A stretch of DNA of 64,000 nucleotides from Candidatus Bathyarchaeota archaeon. Lineage in GTDB: Archaea > Thermoproteota > Bathyarchaeia > Bathyarchaeales > Bathycorpusculaceae. The position numbers and the translations under genes were made by a program. The stretch spans positions 224,001 through 288,000 of the forward strand of contig OY969706.1 in assembly GCA_963702095.1 (NCBI GenBank), given 5' to 3'. The notes under the pieces were generated by a model. That model had not been told where the DNA came from and did not search any database. It saw nothing but the letters and a program-made list of their open reading frames with translations. This document shows, in pieces, positions 1-10,346 of this stretch (position 1 is its first letter; every line of letters starts with the position of its first letter).

Positions 1-8
1 CAGCAACC

Positions 9-3000
9 GTGTTATTGAAATACAATGAAAACGATTTGTGCCAATTTTTGCTTAAGTTTAATGATAATCTCTCATTAACACGACCTTTTACCTTGTATCT
101 AGCCTACATTTTGGAATACGATAGGTCTCCTGATTCTTGGTTTAATATTCTAAACTTACTGGAAAAAGAGAAAGGTCTGTCTCCCCGGTATCGTCAAAGT
201 GCACTAACAGTTCCACTTATCTCGCCAATGATTCTCGAGATATTGCCGACAATACAACGGTACCTCTTTGAGAATAGCCTGTTGCTGAGAGATTTTTTGA
301 AGGTTATGCGGACCATCTGTGTTACTCCTGATCCATCGGTGTATTCGATTTTTCACGGTTTGCCCGAAGAAGAACTAGAGAAATATCTCGCATATTGGAC
401 AATACCTAATGAGAACCAATGGGTTGCAGTCATTGAGTTATTGCTAGAAAAACAAGACATAATAAAGGGCGAAGTCCTTGAGGAATTCTCGTTTATTTGC
501 GAAAAATGGATGATAGGCTCTATCAATCATAATAATCAGTCACTTAGAAAGAAAATAGCTTTGTTCAGCTTGAGCGTTTTAAACGATGGTTTATTACACG
601 ATTATGAAGATCAACCAAAAAATCGCTATATTCTTTCAGCACTCTATGCCGCTAACTGTTTGGTTGAAGATATATCACAATTCGTTCAAACTAAAGCATT
701 AAGAGATAGCAGTCATGAAAACTGGGGCTTTGAGGATCTAATTTTAGAGCAAGGGTGGATACCTATTTGTCGTTTCTTACCCGAAGTAGCAACTGACTTG
801 CTAAAAGCTATTTTATGTATTGATAAAAGAAATGATGAATTAGAGTATCATGATTTCTTTGAGTTAGGCATAAGGCACAATCACTGGAATCCACCTACCT
901 ATTTCGAAGGACCATTTCTCGGTTTTCTTAGGCTGCATGAAGAAAAAGGTTTAGAACTTATCACTGCAATTGTTAATCATGCAACTGAGGTCTGGAAAAA
1001 AAGAGAGCAATATGATAACAGAAAACCCCTGCCTCAAATACTGAAAATAGACGATAATACTATTGAGTTATGGGGAGACGATCATGTTTATCAGTGGTAT
1101 AGGTTTCCAAGCGTAGCACCGGACACGATCACCTGTGCATTAATGGCACTAGAATATTGGATGAATGAACAGATTAAGAATAACAAAAAGACCCCGCAAC
1201 AGCTTTTCAGGGCTGTTTTGATTGACACACAGTCTATTGCCACAGTAGGTGTTTGCGGGTCTGTTGCTTTGGCAAATATCACTGTTTGTCAGGAAACTAT
1301 TTTGCCTATTTTGCAGAACCCAGCATTCTGGATATGCGACAAACAACGGTTAATTGCTGATTCAACAGCTGCAAATTCAGTACAAGCGTTCGCTAAGACT
1401 TTCTCCTTAAATAGACAAAGAGAAAAAAACAATTATCGAATTCTGCTTGAATTAGCGCAACAACCTCACAGAAGGTTAGACTTTAGAGATTTCATTCTAC
1501 GGATTTTACTAGGACCCAAAAGTCTCAGTCAAAAGCTTGTAGAGTCTATGCAGGACTTTCCAAACAAAGTACCTGTATTTTTTGAAGAGGAAAAGCAGAA
1601 CGATGACCTATTAGAGAGCCGCTTAGATGATTGTAAAATTTTGGCAGCCCAAGCTGAAATAAAAAACTATGAAATTTCGGAAATCAATGGGCAAGTTGTA
1701 ATGCAATTCAAAATGCCCTCAGAATTAGAAGAAGAACAAAAAGAACGAACAGCGCGAATTGAAACTAATATTAAGCTATATAATTTTCTTGGTTGGGCAC
1801 TTTCTTCGTTAAATGGTGATAAGAACGTTTCTTTTCCAGATATTGATTCTACCTTTAAGTTTGCTAATGAATTGGTAAGTGAAGATGATCCTAATTACCA
1901 ACCAAAGGACGCTACGGAGTATTCAGAGATGCGGGCTGACGCTATCGCCGCTTTCGCTGCAGCAATAGTGATTAATAACTGGCAATGGATTCAGGACAAT
2001 GAAAAAATTGCGTGGTTCAAAAAACAATTATTAATTGCTGCGACAAGACCCTTACCGCCCTCAGAAATCAACAACCCAATTACTATCTTTCCAATGGGTT
2101 ACCGACGCTCAACTGCACGGGCAATTTGTGTCCTTCAACAAAAAATTAACGATAGAGACGTTAGAAAAAACATTTTGGCTCTATCTATTGATGTTAATAA
2201 TGAAGTAAAATGTTTTCTTTTTAACGGTCTTAAAGGTCTCTGGGTACTTGATTCTAAACTAGTTTGGGAATGCATTGATGCTAATATTAAGAAAGCAAAC
2301 ATTTTTCACGAGTCCAGTAGAAGAATTAGCAATTATTTGCCTACAGAAATAGAGACGGATATTCTTCTACCAGTACTTTGCTGTATTCCATCGGGTAAGG
2401 AAATAACTGAAACATCTCAGGCAAACACTATAATAGATTTTCTTGAACAACTACTGCTTTTTACAATAGCAAGCTATTCTTTTTATCAAGAAAAAGAACA
2501 TGATTACAATCCTTGGGACCACAACGATTGGAATCAGGTCATATTCAGAATAGTGGCCAGTATTGGTCTTCGGATCCCAGATGATATAGCCAAGGCAAAG
2601 TTATTTGACCATATTTTAAAAAACTGGACTAAAAATCCGTCAATGATGGCAACCTTTTTGAGATCATTGCTCTCGGTAGGCTGCACACCTGAACTTGAAG
2701 ACAGACTGGCGAAACTATGGCCGATAATTGGAGATAATATTATTTCAGCGGACCATTCTAGCAATTTATGCGATTTTTCTGAGATAGATAGTTTACTTAT
2801 TTTTGTAGATACACATGGTATTATGTCCTGGAATGTAACGGAATGGAAACCTCTTAGAAGTCTAATACCCTTCATTGAAAAATGGTGCAAAGAACTCGGG
2901 GCTAAGTCAGAATGTTTTCCAAGTTTAGTGAGACTATTAGAGACAATAGGCTTTGAACTGTTTTCTGAATATGGAATAAATTGGCTTTATGATTGTCTGT

Positions 3001-3197
3001 CTAGAATCGGCGACAAAGGTTCGGTTTGGCAGCAGGTTTCATTTTCTCTTTCCCAGCTTCTCTCGAATGCTTGGTTTAAACAGAGTGAAAGGATTAAAAA
3101 CGACCCAGAAAGAATGCGTCGTTTTGTTTTCATGGTTGATAAATTAGCAAATCAGGGAGATGCTGCTGCGGTACGATTGCAATCAAAATTGTTGTAA
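9..3197 (+). CDS. C-terminal helical region of a large STAND/Avs-like (AVAST type 4-like) defence protein, 5'-partial
   Basis: 1062-aa ORF open from the window edge; helical and Trp-rich; motif WGDDHVYQWYRF...PDTITCALMALEYW resembles the Avs4-like C-terminal region. The NTPase domain is not visible in the window. Confidence 0.5.
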   Translation: MLLKYNENDLCQFLLKFNDNLSLTRPFTLYLAYILEYDRSPDSWFNILNLLEKEKGLSPRYRQSALTVPLISPMILEILPTIQRYLFENSLLLRDFLKVMRTICVTPDPSVYSIFHGLPEEELEKYLAYWTIPNENQWVAVIELLLEKQDIIKGEVLEEFSFICEKWMIGSINHNNQSLRKKIALFSLSVLNDGLLHDYEDQPKNRYILSALYAANCLVEDISQFVQTKALRDSSHENWGFEDLILEQGWIPICRFLPEVATDLLKAILCIDKRNDELEYHDFFELGIRHNHWNPPTYFEGPFLGFLRLHEEKGLELITAIVNHATEVWKKREQYDNRKPLPQILKIDDNTIELWGDDHVYQWYRFPSVAPDTITCALMALEYWMNEQIKNNKKTPQQLFRAVLIDTQSIATVGVCGSVALANITVCQETILPILQNPAFWICDKQRLIADSTAANSVQAFAKTFSLNRQREKNNYRILLELAQQPHRRLDFRDFILRILLGPKSLSQKLVESMQDFPNKVPVFFEEEKQNDDLLESRLDDCKILAAQAEIKNYEISEINGQVVMQFKMPSELEEEQKERTARIETNIKLYNFLGWALSSLNGDKNVSFPDIDSTFKFANELVSEDDPNYQPKDATEYSEMRADAIAAFAAAIVINNWQWIQDNEKIAWFKKQLLIAATRPLPPSEINNPITIFPMGYRRSTARAICVLQQKINDRDVRKNILALSIDVNNEVKCFLFNGLKGLWVLDSKLVWECIDANIKKANIFHESSRRISNYLPTEIETDILLPVLCCIPSGKEITETSQANTIIDFLEQLLLFTIASYSFYQEKEHDYNPWDHNDWNQVIFRIVASIGLRIPDDIAKAKLFDHILKNWTKNPSMMATFLRSLLSVGCTPELEDRLAKLWPIIGDNIISADHSSNLCDFSEIDSLLIFVDTHGIMSWNVTEWKPLRSLIPFIEKWCKELGAKSECFPSLVRLLETIGFELFSEYGINWLYDCLSRIGDKGSVWQQVSFSLSQLLSNAWFKQSERIKNDPERMRRFVFMVDKLANQGDAAAVRLQSKLL

Positions 3198-3332
3198 GGA
3201 GGTCTCCAGAGAAGGCAACGTCCGCGCTACAAAGGCATGTGGCGCCAAAACAGCTATTGTTTATCCGGCTGATGTTTATTTGGTTTCATATTAGTAAAAT
3301 GCTTATATATTATTTTACTTTAATGAAATAAT

Positions 3333-4274
3333 ATGAAAAGTTGCGCTCCCCAATACGCCTTCAACAAAACAGAAATACGGTTGCTTAGGGAGCTCGCTAA
3401 AGGCAAGCAACCGCTCCTACAAATTAAAAGGCTTCTTCAAATAAAACCAGCATTTCTCTCCCGCAATTTGAAAAAGCTCCAGCAGAAGGGAATTATCCAA
3501 ATCGCTGCCGAAGGAAACCAAAAAACCGCATATTTTAGTGAAACTAAGCACGCTTCTCTTCTCAGGGACTTGTTGTTATCCTACGATTTTATGGAGTGGG
3601 AAAACATACTTAGTGGGAAATCAATTGAAATCCTTTTCCGAGCCCTCGATGATGGCGATTTATCAAGTTTTTCAGGCGCTACACTTTGGCGCTACCTCAA
3701 AGAACTTAAAGCAAGAGGCATAATCACAGAAACTCAGAAAGGATACATAATCAATACGCGCTTCGTGATCCTCGCAGATTTCCTAAAAGAATACGAGCGA
3801 TATTTTGTTAACAAGATTTCCAAGACTCTCTCTGAAAACTCTGTTATCCTTTGGCAAAAGGACATGGAATTTCTAGTCAGAGCACCCAAAGCTGTGAAGC
3901 CGCCGTCTGAAGACTTCCATAAAACCGCTACCTCAATCTTCGCTCAATATGATCTTCCGCTTTTCTCAGAATTTGACACCTACTTTTACTCAACAAACAA
4001 AAGAGCAATCAAACCTGAGGATGCTATACTGCATACGCTTGTTGTAGAACCGGGCAATGTGCGATACACAACTTACGCTCTTTTGCTGCTTAAAAAAACC
4101 GAAAAGGAAATCGACAAAACATATTTACTCAAGGAATCTGAAAGATTTAGGCTTAAAAATCAAGTTATCGGTATGCTTGAATTCTTAGAGACTCACACGC
4201 GCCCCGAAGGCCAACCACTACCATTTTGGAACGAATTTATCGCAAAAGCCAATGATTATAAGGTGACGGCGTAA
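3333..4274 (+). CDS. wHTH-containing putative antitoxin (AbiEi-like)
   Basis: N-terminal MarR-like wHTH (LSRNLKKLQQKGII), second HTH (TLWRYLKELKARGII); stop overlaps the start of the NTase gene (TAATG). Confidence 0.65.
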   Translation: MKSCAPQYAFNKTEIRLLRELAKGKQPLLQIKRLLQIKPAFLSRNLKKLQQKGIIQIAAEGNQKTAYFSETKHASLLRDLLLSYDFMEWENILSGKSIEILFRALDDGDLSSFSGATLWRYLKELKARGIITETQKGYIINTRFVILADFLKEYERYFVNKISKTLSENSVILWQKDMEFLVRAPKAVKPPSEDFHKTATSIFAQYDLPLFSEFDTYFYSTNKRAIKPEDAILHTLVVEPGNVRYTTYALLLLKKTEKEIDKTYLLKESERFRLKNQVIGMLEFLETHTRPEGQPLPFWNEFIAKANDYKVTA

Positions 4275-5116
4275 TGGCTCAAAGACGCTCCTTTGACAAG
4301 AACTATCTCAATCAAGAATTCGACAAACTAAACAAGACAACAAAACAGCCTCTTACACTTTATCTTATAGGCGGAGGCGCCATGGCATTCTACGGTCTGA
4401 AAGCTGCTACAAAAGACATAGACATAATCCTCACCGGCCAAGGCGACCTAAACATCCTGCAAACAACCCTAAAAGCCATAGGCTACATAGAGCCCAACCC
4501 AGTACACATTACTAGAGCTTACAATAAAATGCAAACTAACGCCATACTAGAAAACCAAGACGGTTTCAGATGGGACCTGTTTCTTAGCAAAGTCTGCAAT
4601 GCCCTGACTCTATCTGATGAAATGCAGAAAAGAGCAACCCTACTCTACCAAGGCAGCCGCCTAAAAGTTCTCATTGCTTCAAAAGAAGACCTCTTCCTCT
4701 TCAAAGGAATCACCGAGCGAGAAGCTGATCTGGATGATATACGAATTCTTGCCCAATCGGGACTCAACTGGGAAATCATAAGCCGAGAATGCAAAAGCCA
4801 ATCCGAAGCTTCAGGCGTTTGCTGGGAAGATGCACTCTACCAAAACCTCATCGACCTTAAAGCTAAATACGGCATCGAATCTCCAATCGAAAAACCCCTG
4901 CGGAAAGCTGCAGAACAAAAGATTATTGAAACAACGCTGATAAGGCAAATCCAAAAAGGAAACCACACCGTCAAAAGCATAGCAGAAGAAATCAAGGAGC
5001 CGCAGAATTTTATCAGAGAAGAACTGAAGCGATTAGTAAACAGAGGACTAATTACAACAGATAGATCAAACAAGCCCCATAAATTCTTCATTAGTGAAAA
5101 ACAGGGGCCAAAATAA
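4274..5116 (+). CDS. Nucleotidyltransferase toxin-like protein (AbiEii/DUF6036-like) with C-terminal wHTH
   Basis: LYLIGGGAM...TKDIDIIL Pol-beta-fold motif; K...R..D.DD motif (FKGITEREADLDD); C-terminal wHTH. Confidence 0.75.
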   Translation: MAQRRSFDKNYLNQEFDKLNKTTKQPLTLYLIGGGAMAFYGLKAATKDIDIILTGQGDLNILQTTLKAIGYIEPNPVHITRAYNKMQTNAILENQDGFRWDLFLSKVCNALTLSDEMQKRATLLYQGSRLKVLIASKEDLFLFKGITEREADLDDIRILAQSGLNWEIISRECKSQSEASGVCWEDALYQNLIDLKAKYGIESPIEKPLRKAAEQKIIETTLIRQIQKGNHTVKSIAEEIKEPQNFIREELKRLVNRGLITTDRSNKPHKFFISEKQGPK

Positions 5117-5184
5117 TGACAAGCAAATTATTAGCCTACTTGCGATAATAACGCTTTAATGCCAATTCAGGGAGAATACGAACA

Positions 5185-5424
5185 ATGAACCTTACAAAAA
5201 GAGAACGCGCCATTCTTCAACTTGCAAAGCAAGGATTAAGCGATTATAAGATAGCACGCAAACTCAAGACAGACCCACCAAGCGTAACCCGCTCACGCAA
5301 GAATGCACACAGAAAACTCGCCAATGCCATAACAGACATTGAATGGGCATCAAAAATAGCGGTTCGCGTTTCAGAATTAGACATAATACCGCGTTGCATA
5401 ACTAATTTCAGTTATTTTTTATAA
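5185..5424 (+). CDS. LuxR/sigma-like HTH protein
   Basis: LTKRERAILQLAKQGLSDYKIARKL signature. Confidence 0.7.
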   Translation: MNLTKRERAILQLAKQGLSDYKIARKLKTDPPSVTRSRKNAHRKLANAITDIEWASKIAVRVSELDIIPRCITNFSYFL

Positions 5425-5566
5425 TCTTCATTTTTTAGGTTTAAAAGGAAAAATAATGCCCAATGTTTTTAAAATAAATGACATTATACTCAGATCACTA
5501 CCAGATAGTTCTTTAAATAGGCAAAATTTATCTATCAATTAAGCTTATACAAGCACTAAGCTGACG

Positions 5567-7501
5567 GTGACAACTTTGCTTCTATTGTCTGCTCAAATTG
5601 AGAACTTTAAATCAATTGACAGCTCTAACGAATTTTCTGTCAAACCAGTAACTTGTCTTGTAGGAAAAAACGAAGCGGGAAAAACTACCATACTTCAAGC
5701 ATTGTACAAATTAAACCCGGATATTCCCGAAAAAGGTAACTTTGATGGATTGTTTGATTATCCTAGACGAAAGTGGTCATCGTATAAAGAGCGCAAAGAA
5801 GCTCAGCCAGATAATGTGTTAACAACAAAATGGGAATGTCAACCTTCCGACATTAAAGAATTGGAAGAAAAATTTGGACAAAACATACTAAAAAATAACA
5901 TTGTAACGATAACCAAAGGGTATGATAACCAACTGAAATTTCAGGTTGACATTGATGAAAAACAAGTCCTATTAAATTGGGCTAAAGGAAAGTCTTTTTC
6001 AGAAGACGAAACAGCAGAAGTGAGCAAATATACAACTTTTTCTGGCCTCGCTGCTCTAAAGGAAGCAAACCCTACAGAAATTCAAAAGAAAATTCTAAAT
6101 AATTTAGATACAGATTTTCCTAAAGGTCCACAAACTGCCCTTCTGGAGCTATTAAGGAAACGCTTGCCTGTTTTCCTTTTCTTCTCAGATTTCTCTCGAA
6201 TGGCTGGCAAAGTTTCTTTAAATGACCTCCAATCAAGAAAGAATCAAAATCGTATGGAGCAACCTTACAGAATTTTTGAAGCATTATTAAATCTCGCAGG
6301 AACTACAACAGACCAAATGAACGGCATTCAGAATTCTGAAGCTCTCATAGCTGAATTAGAAGCCATTTCCAATCGACTAACTTCAGAAATCTTTGAATAT
6401 TGGAGTCAAAACAAGAACTTGCAAATTGAATTTCGATTCGAGTGCGGCAGACCCCAAGACCCTGCGCCGTATAACAATGGCTATGTTTTTCACACAAGAA
6501 TATTGAATACCCGACATGGGGTAACTGTAGGTTTCGACGAACGTAGTCAAGGTTTTGTTTGGTTTTTTTCATTTCTTGTCTGGTTTTCCCAACTGAAAAG
6601 AGTTTACGGAGACAACCTGTTTATACTCTTAGATGATCCAGGATTAAGTCTACATGCTCGAGCACAAGCAGATTTATTACGATACATTAAGGAGAAGTTA
6701 CAACCACACTATCAAGTTATCTATACAACGCATTCACCTTTTATGATTGACCCAGAAAATTTACAAAACGTTAGAACCGTAGAAGATGATTTAAAATCCA
6801 AAAAAATTCTGGGAACAAAGGTAAGCGAAAAAGTTCTAGGCACAGACCCTGATACCCTTTTTCCTTTACAAGCAGCGATTGGATATGATATAGCGCAGAC
6901 ACTGTTCATAGGTAAAAATACTCTGTTGGTCGAAGGGCCTTCAGACCTACTCTACCTTAAGCTCTTTTCAAAAGAACTGGAAAGCGCTGGAAGAACACAT
7001 TTAGACTCCAAATGGGCCATAACGCCTTGTGGTGGTGTAGAAAAAATCGCGAGTTTTATGGCTCTGTTTAAGGGCAACAATCTCAATGTCGCAGTACTAA
7101 CAGACTTACATAAAGGCATTAAAACAAGAATTAGAAGCCTTCAGGAGTCCGAAATTCTCAAAGCAGGGCACATTTTTACCGCTGATATGTATGCAGGAAA
7201 AGAAGAAGCCGATATTGAGGACATAATTGGGCGGTCCAACTATATTAAAATAGTAAACGATTGCTACACACTCGATAAAACTCATCAAATGCCTGAAGAG
7301 AACAAACTCGATTCCTCGAAAACAGTACTTGAAGAAGTGGAAACCTACTTGAAAGCAAACGTTCCGGATTTAGAATTTAATCATTATACGCCTGCAATGT
7401 TTCTAACCGAGAATAGAAAAGAACTAAAAACACTACCACAAATAAGCGAAGCTCTGGACCGTTTTGAAAAACTATTCAAAAGCCTAAATGCTTTATTTTA
7501 A
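5567..7501 (+). CDS. OLD-family ABC ATPase + TOPRIM nuclease
   Basis: IENFKSI; Walker A GKNEAGKT; Walker B LLDDPG; H-loop TTHSPFMI; TOPRIM VEGPSD; DIED. Confidence 0.85.
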   Translation: MTTLLLLSAQIENFKSIDSSNEFSVKPVTCLVGKNEAGKTTILQALYKLNPDIPEKGNFDGLFDYPRRKWSSYKERKEAQPDNVLTTKWECQPSDIKELEEKFGQNILKNNIVTITKGYDNQLKFQVDIDEKQVLLNWAKGKSFSEDETAEVSKYTTFSGLAALKEANPTEIQKKILNNLDTDFPKGPQTALLELLRKRLPVFLFFSDFSRMAGKVSLNDLQSRKNQNRMEQPYRIFEALLNLAGTTTDQMNGIQNSEALIAELEAISNRLTSEIFEYWSQNKNLQIEFRFECGRPQDPAPYNNGYVFHTRILNTRHGVTVGFDERSQGFVWFFSFLVWFSQLKRVYGDNLFILLDDPGLSLHARAQADLLRYIKEKLQPHYQVIYTTHSPFMIDPENLQNVRTVEDDLKSKKILGTKVSEKVLGTDPDTLFPLQAAIGYDIAQTLFIGKNTLLVEGPSDLLYLKLFSKELESAGRTHLDSKWAITPCGGVEKIASFMALFKGNNLNVAVLTDLHKGIKTRIRSLQESEILKAGHIFTADMYAGKEEADIEDIIGRSNYIKIVNDCYTLDKTHQMPEENKLDSSKTVLEEVETYLKANVPDLEFNHYTPAMFLTENRKELKTLPQISEALDRFEKLFKSLNALF

Positions 7502-7532
7502 TACCAAGAAATCGTTTAAGTAGGGGTCCTCT

Positions 7533-7994
7533 TTAAGCCCCAAAATCCATTTCTGTCTTTCTCCAACTATCCTGACCAAAGCTCGTCATAGCCCAATGCC
7601 AACCTCGCTTCTCTGCAATGTGTTCGCCGAACTCTTTTTCCAAACGCTTATTCATTCGCAAAATCCTTCGGCTTACCTGATGGCGAGTAACCTTAAATCG
7701 TTCCAGCTTCGCCTGCAATTCTTTAGGTAGCAAACCTGGGCTACCAGCTTCAAAGAGTAACTGTAAAATTTCCCGATCCACTTCATCACTACAGGATAGA
7801 CGCTCAATTAGAGATTGCTCAAAATTGAAAGACCCCTTCAGGCCTGCAAAAATCGTTCGAAGTATAAGCTTAACATCTTCGACCTCTGAAAGCGTCTGCT
7901 TGAGTAACTGCTGATTATACTTTAAACGACCTATCTTTTCGCTTTGGCTACGCTTCTTTTTGGTATTCTGAACAGGTTTTTCATTGCTTTCCAT
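7533..7994 (-). CDS. wHTH DNA-binding protein of a mobile element
   Basis: DEVDREILQLL...VTRHQVSRRILRMNKRL...WHWAMT wHTH pattern; likely start MESNEK. Confidence 0.6.
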   Translation of the reverse strand: MESNEKPVQNTKKKRSQSEKIGRLKYNQQLLKQTLSEVEDVKLILRTIFAGLKGSFNFEQSLIERLSCSDEVDREILQLLFEAGSPGLLPKELQAKLERFKVTRHQVSRRILRMNKRLEKEFGEHIAEKRGWHWAMTSFGQDSWRKTEMDFGA

Positions 7995-8176
7995 TTCAAA
8001 ATGCACACTCCATGTTTTCCGCTCCATCAAGATATGGCAAAATTAGCAGTGGGTAATCAGGACCAAGCAACTGTAGACAAGTGACTTCTGAAAAGCATGG
8101 ACTTTTCCCATGCCCTGAGCTTAGTGCTAAAAGTGCTTTTGAACAGCTTTTTACTGCCATTAACTCGGAACTTGAG

Positions 8177-9136
8177 CTAAGAGACGTAGCTTTTGCCTCC
8201 ATTTTCCGACGTCTTAGACGCTTCTTGGGTATTGCCTTCTAAACTTCCCACGAGCCTTCCTAAAGCATCAGCAACCTTAGCCAAGTCACCGCCCAAATTC
8301 TCCAACTTTGCAAGACTAACAGAAATCCTCTCTAAATCACTCAGGGCAGTTTCCACTTGGCCTTCCAGTTTCTTGACCCGTTCAGGCATAAGCAAATACT
8401 CTACTGCAGCGTCACGGCCAAGATGATCCAACTCGCCTTCATCCTCTCCTAGGCTATCGTCAATCAACCGCTTTGGCGTGCTTACCTCAAAATAGCGATT
8501 TAACAGATTAGCCACTGGGTCATCAATACCTAATTCATGGCGCCTGTTAATCTCTCCCTGACCCAAAACACAACCATACTTGCTCATTAAACCCTGAGCC
8601 ACCTTGTCAGCCAAATTCTTAGCCAAAGTCACCAGCTCCCCGGGACTACGACCGTAAAAAGTCTCAACATGAACAATCCACGATGTCGTCGTATGCCTAA
8701 CTTTCACACCCTGCTCTAAACCCAAAAGTGCGGTCCAATTTTGCATCTCAATCCGCCTAAAATCTCCCATTGGATAAACTCCCTCCCGTAAAACTGGATA
8801 CTTGAAAAAACAACGGTGCAAGCGGAAGACGCCGCTGCTGAAGAGGACTCCCTCACAGGATATGAGAAAGTTTTGACCTCGCTCTGTAAGCTCAAAATCA
8901 ACAAAGTTACTGCGCTTCAAACGGCGAATTAACCCTGCCTTTTCCAGCTTTTTAACGTAGTAAGCAACATGCTGGCGCTTCCATCCACGGACACGCCCAA
9001 TCTTGGCAGGATACATTTTGACTTCGATGCCTTTGAGTATTGGTATGACGCGGGAGCGAACCGTATTGAAGTCAAATTTGACTTTTGACTTTGAAAGCGA
9101 AATATTTTGACTTCTACCTTCAGAGGATTTAACCAA
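8177..9136 (-). CDS. wHTH + unknown domain + coiled-coil protein, candidate replication initiator
   Basis: N-terminal wHTH (HVAYYVKKLEKAGLIRR...ELTERG); central RLH and DDSLGE.EGELD motifs; C-terminal heptad repeats; largest gene of the small-ORF operon. Confidence 0.5.
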   Translation of the reverse strand: MVKSSEGRSQNISLSKSKVKFDFNTVRSRVIPILKGIEVKMYPAKIGRVRGWKRQHVAYYVKKLEKAGLIRRLKRSNFVDFELTERGQNFLISCEGVLFSSGVFRLHRCFFKYPVLREGVYPMGDFRRIEMQNWTALLGLEQGVKVRHTTTSWIVHVETFYGRSPGELVTLAKNLADKVAQGLMSKYGCVLGQGEINRRHELGIDDPVANLLNRYFEVSTPKRLIDDSLGEDEGELDHLGRDAAVEYLLMPERVKKLEGQVETALSDLERISVSLAKLENLGGDLAKVADALGRLVGSLEGNTQEASKTSENGGKSYVS

Positions 9137-9148
9137 AACGTCAGCTCC

Positions 9149-9472
9149 CTAACGGAAAAGTTCTAGCCTGATTGTGCCGCCGCCCTCAGTGAGCTTTTCA
9201 CGCAACGGCAAACCAACTTTGAGAATGCCTTTGAGGATTACTTCTTTGCTGGCGCCAAATCTCTTGTTTATCTTTTCAAGGATGGCGTCTTGTTGCTGGG
9301 CGGTCAGTTCCTTCCAGTCTACGAGGAACACTTTTTCAATTCCATCGACGCCTTCCAAGTTTGCAGGTTGAGGAATAATGCTCTGTATGGGTACATCGCC
9401 GTCTAGAAAAATGTCGCCCAAAACGGTTTTGCCTTCAGAGTTTAAGCATGCCCATGTCCGGTATTTCCTCAA
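9149..9472 (-). CDS. Hypothetical mobile-element protein
   Basis: 107-aa ORF tightly packed in the minus-strand operon. Confidence 0.6.
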   Translation of the reverse strand: MRKYRTWACLNSEGKTVLGDIFLDGDVPIQSIIPQPANLEGVDGIEKVFLVDWKELTAQQQDAILEKINKRFGASKEVILKGILKVGLPLREKLTEGGGTIRLELFR

Positions 9473-9648
9473 ACATGAGCCCCCTGAACCTGACTGTTTT
9501 GCTTTTTTCCTCGAAATTTGGAGCAGGCTTCACTTGACGCGATTTTGTTAACCGACATCTTAGTATGCGCCAAAGTGGGCTCGACACAGCGTCCACACCA
9601 GAAAACGCAATCCATGCAAAAGAGAACGTGGGCAGAAAGCGGAGTCAA
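9469..9648 (-). CDS. Small Cys-rich protein
   Basis: CMDC..WC..C...C.KF; TTG start directly after the upstream 32-aa gene. Confidence 0.5.
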   Translation of the reverse strand: MTPLSAHVLFCMDCVFWCGRCVEPTLAHTKMSVNKIASSEACSKFRGKKQNSQVQGAHV

Positions 9649-9650
9649 GT

Positions 9651-9749
9651 TTATGCCTCCCGTTTCCAGTAGCAACCGTTGCCTTTGCAAGCGCTTTGCG
9701 GTTCATCGGGGCATGGTTTACCTGGATAGCCACAGAAAAGTTGCCCCAT
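9651..9749 (-). CDS. 32-aa four-Cys peptide
   Basis: Hand-translated MGQLFCGYPGKPCPDEPQSACKGNGCYWKREA; exactly fills the gap in the operon. Confidence 0.45.
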   Translation of the reverse strand: MGQLFCGYPGKPCPDEPQSACKGNGCYWKREA

Positions 9750-9750
9750 T

Positions 9751-9948
9751 TTACATCACCACCTCCTGCGCCTTCGGTAGATACTGCACCAAAACAGGCA
9801 CCGTGTTCTCTACGCCTCGGAAAACCTTCATGCAATTATGCGAGTTAACCTCAACCGTGCCAATATGGAGCTCTCCGCGATACATGTAAACGTAAAGCTG
9901 GCCATCGTTGCCACGGCGGTAGGTTACATTTAGCGTCTGGTCTTTCAT
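9751..9948 (-). CDS. Small hypothetical protein
   Basis: 65 aa with GGAGG ribosome-binding site upstream. Confidence 0.55.
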   Translation of the reverse strand: MKDQTLNVTYRRGNDGQLYVYMYRGELHIGTVEVNSHNCMKVFRGVENTVPVLVQYLPKAQEVVM

Positions 9949-9992
9949 TCAGACGCCTCCTTGAAAAAGAAAAAAAGAGAGCGGTCGAATCA

Positions 9993-10202
9993 CTAATGTT
10001 CTGAGAACCGAGTACCGCAGTCTCTGCACAAGTATCGTTGAACGTTTCCTTGTGGCGTTTTCCTCATGCCGTCTTTCCAGTTTCGTTGGCTGCCGCACGA
10101 GGCGTATTTGACCTTCTTTCGAGGAATGCCAGTGAATAGATCGTCTGGCAATACCTTGCCACAGTGCGGGCATTTGACTATTTTTCGATTCATGTTTTTC
10201 AT
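9993..10202 (-). CDS. Zn-ribbon protein (InsA-like, resembles N-terminal module of some archaeal integrases)
   Basis: CPHCG and SCGSQRNWKDG...QRYLCRDCGTRFS; no catalytic domain follows. Confidence 0.6.
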   Translation of the reverse strand: MKNMNRKIVKCPHCGKVLPDDLFTGIPRKKVKYASCGSQRNWKDGMRKTPQGNVQRYLCRDCGTRFSEH

Positions 10203-10323
10203 CTCCCGCCAAACTTGCGACGACTTGACATTGGAGACCTCTAAAAAAGAAAAAAGGGAGAGAAGCTGCGGAGAAACTGAGCTGGAAATTGGACGCCGAT
10301 GGTGATACAAGGGCGATTTTTCG

Positions 10324-10346
10324 GGTCCGAATCCCACCCCCTGCAC
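10324..10346 (+). repeat. att-like tRNA(Leu-type) 3' fragment
   Basis: GGTCCGAATCCCACCCCCTGCAC = T-loop, T-stem 3' strand and acceptor 3' strand. Confidence 0.75.

Larger units (their letters stand above)
7533..10346 (-). mobile_element. Core operon of an integrated plasmid/virus-like element ending at an att-like site
   Basis: Co-oriented overlapping small wHTH/Zn genes bounded by a tRNA 3'-end sequence at 10324-10346. Confidence 0.65.

Noticed and set aside
10278-10346. Intact tRNA gene
   Set aside because: Only the 3' end is tRNA-like; D and anticodon arms cannot be folded convincingly. The same holds at 35358-35407.
9993-10346. SSV-type split integrase fragment
   Set aside because: The ORF starts in the att sequence, but no tyrosine-recombinase catalytic residues follow; MQGVGF is simply the tRNA reverse complement.
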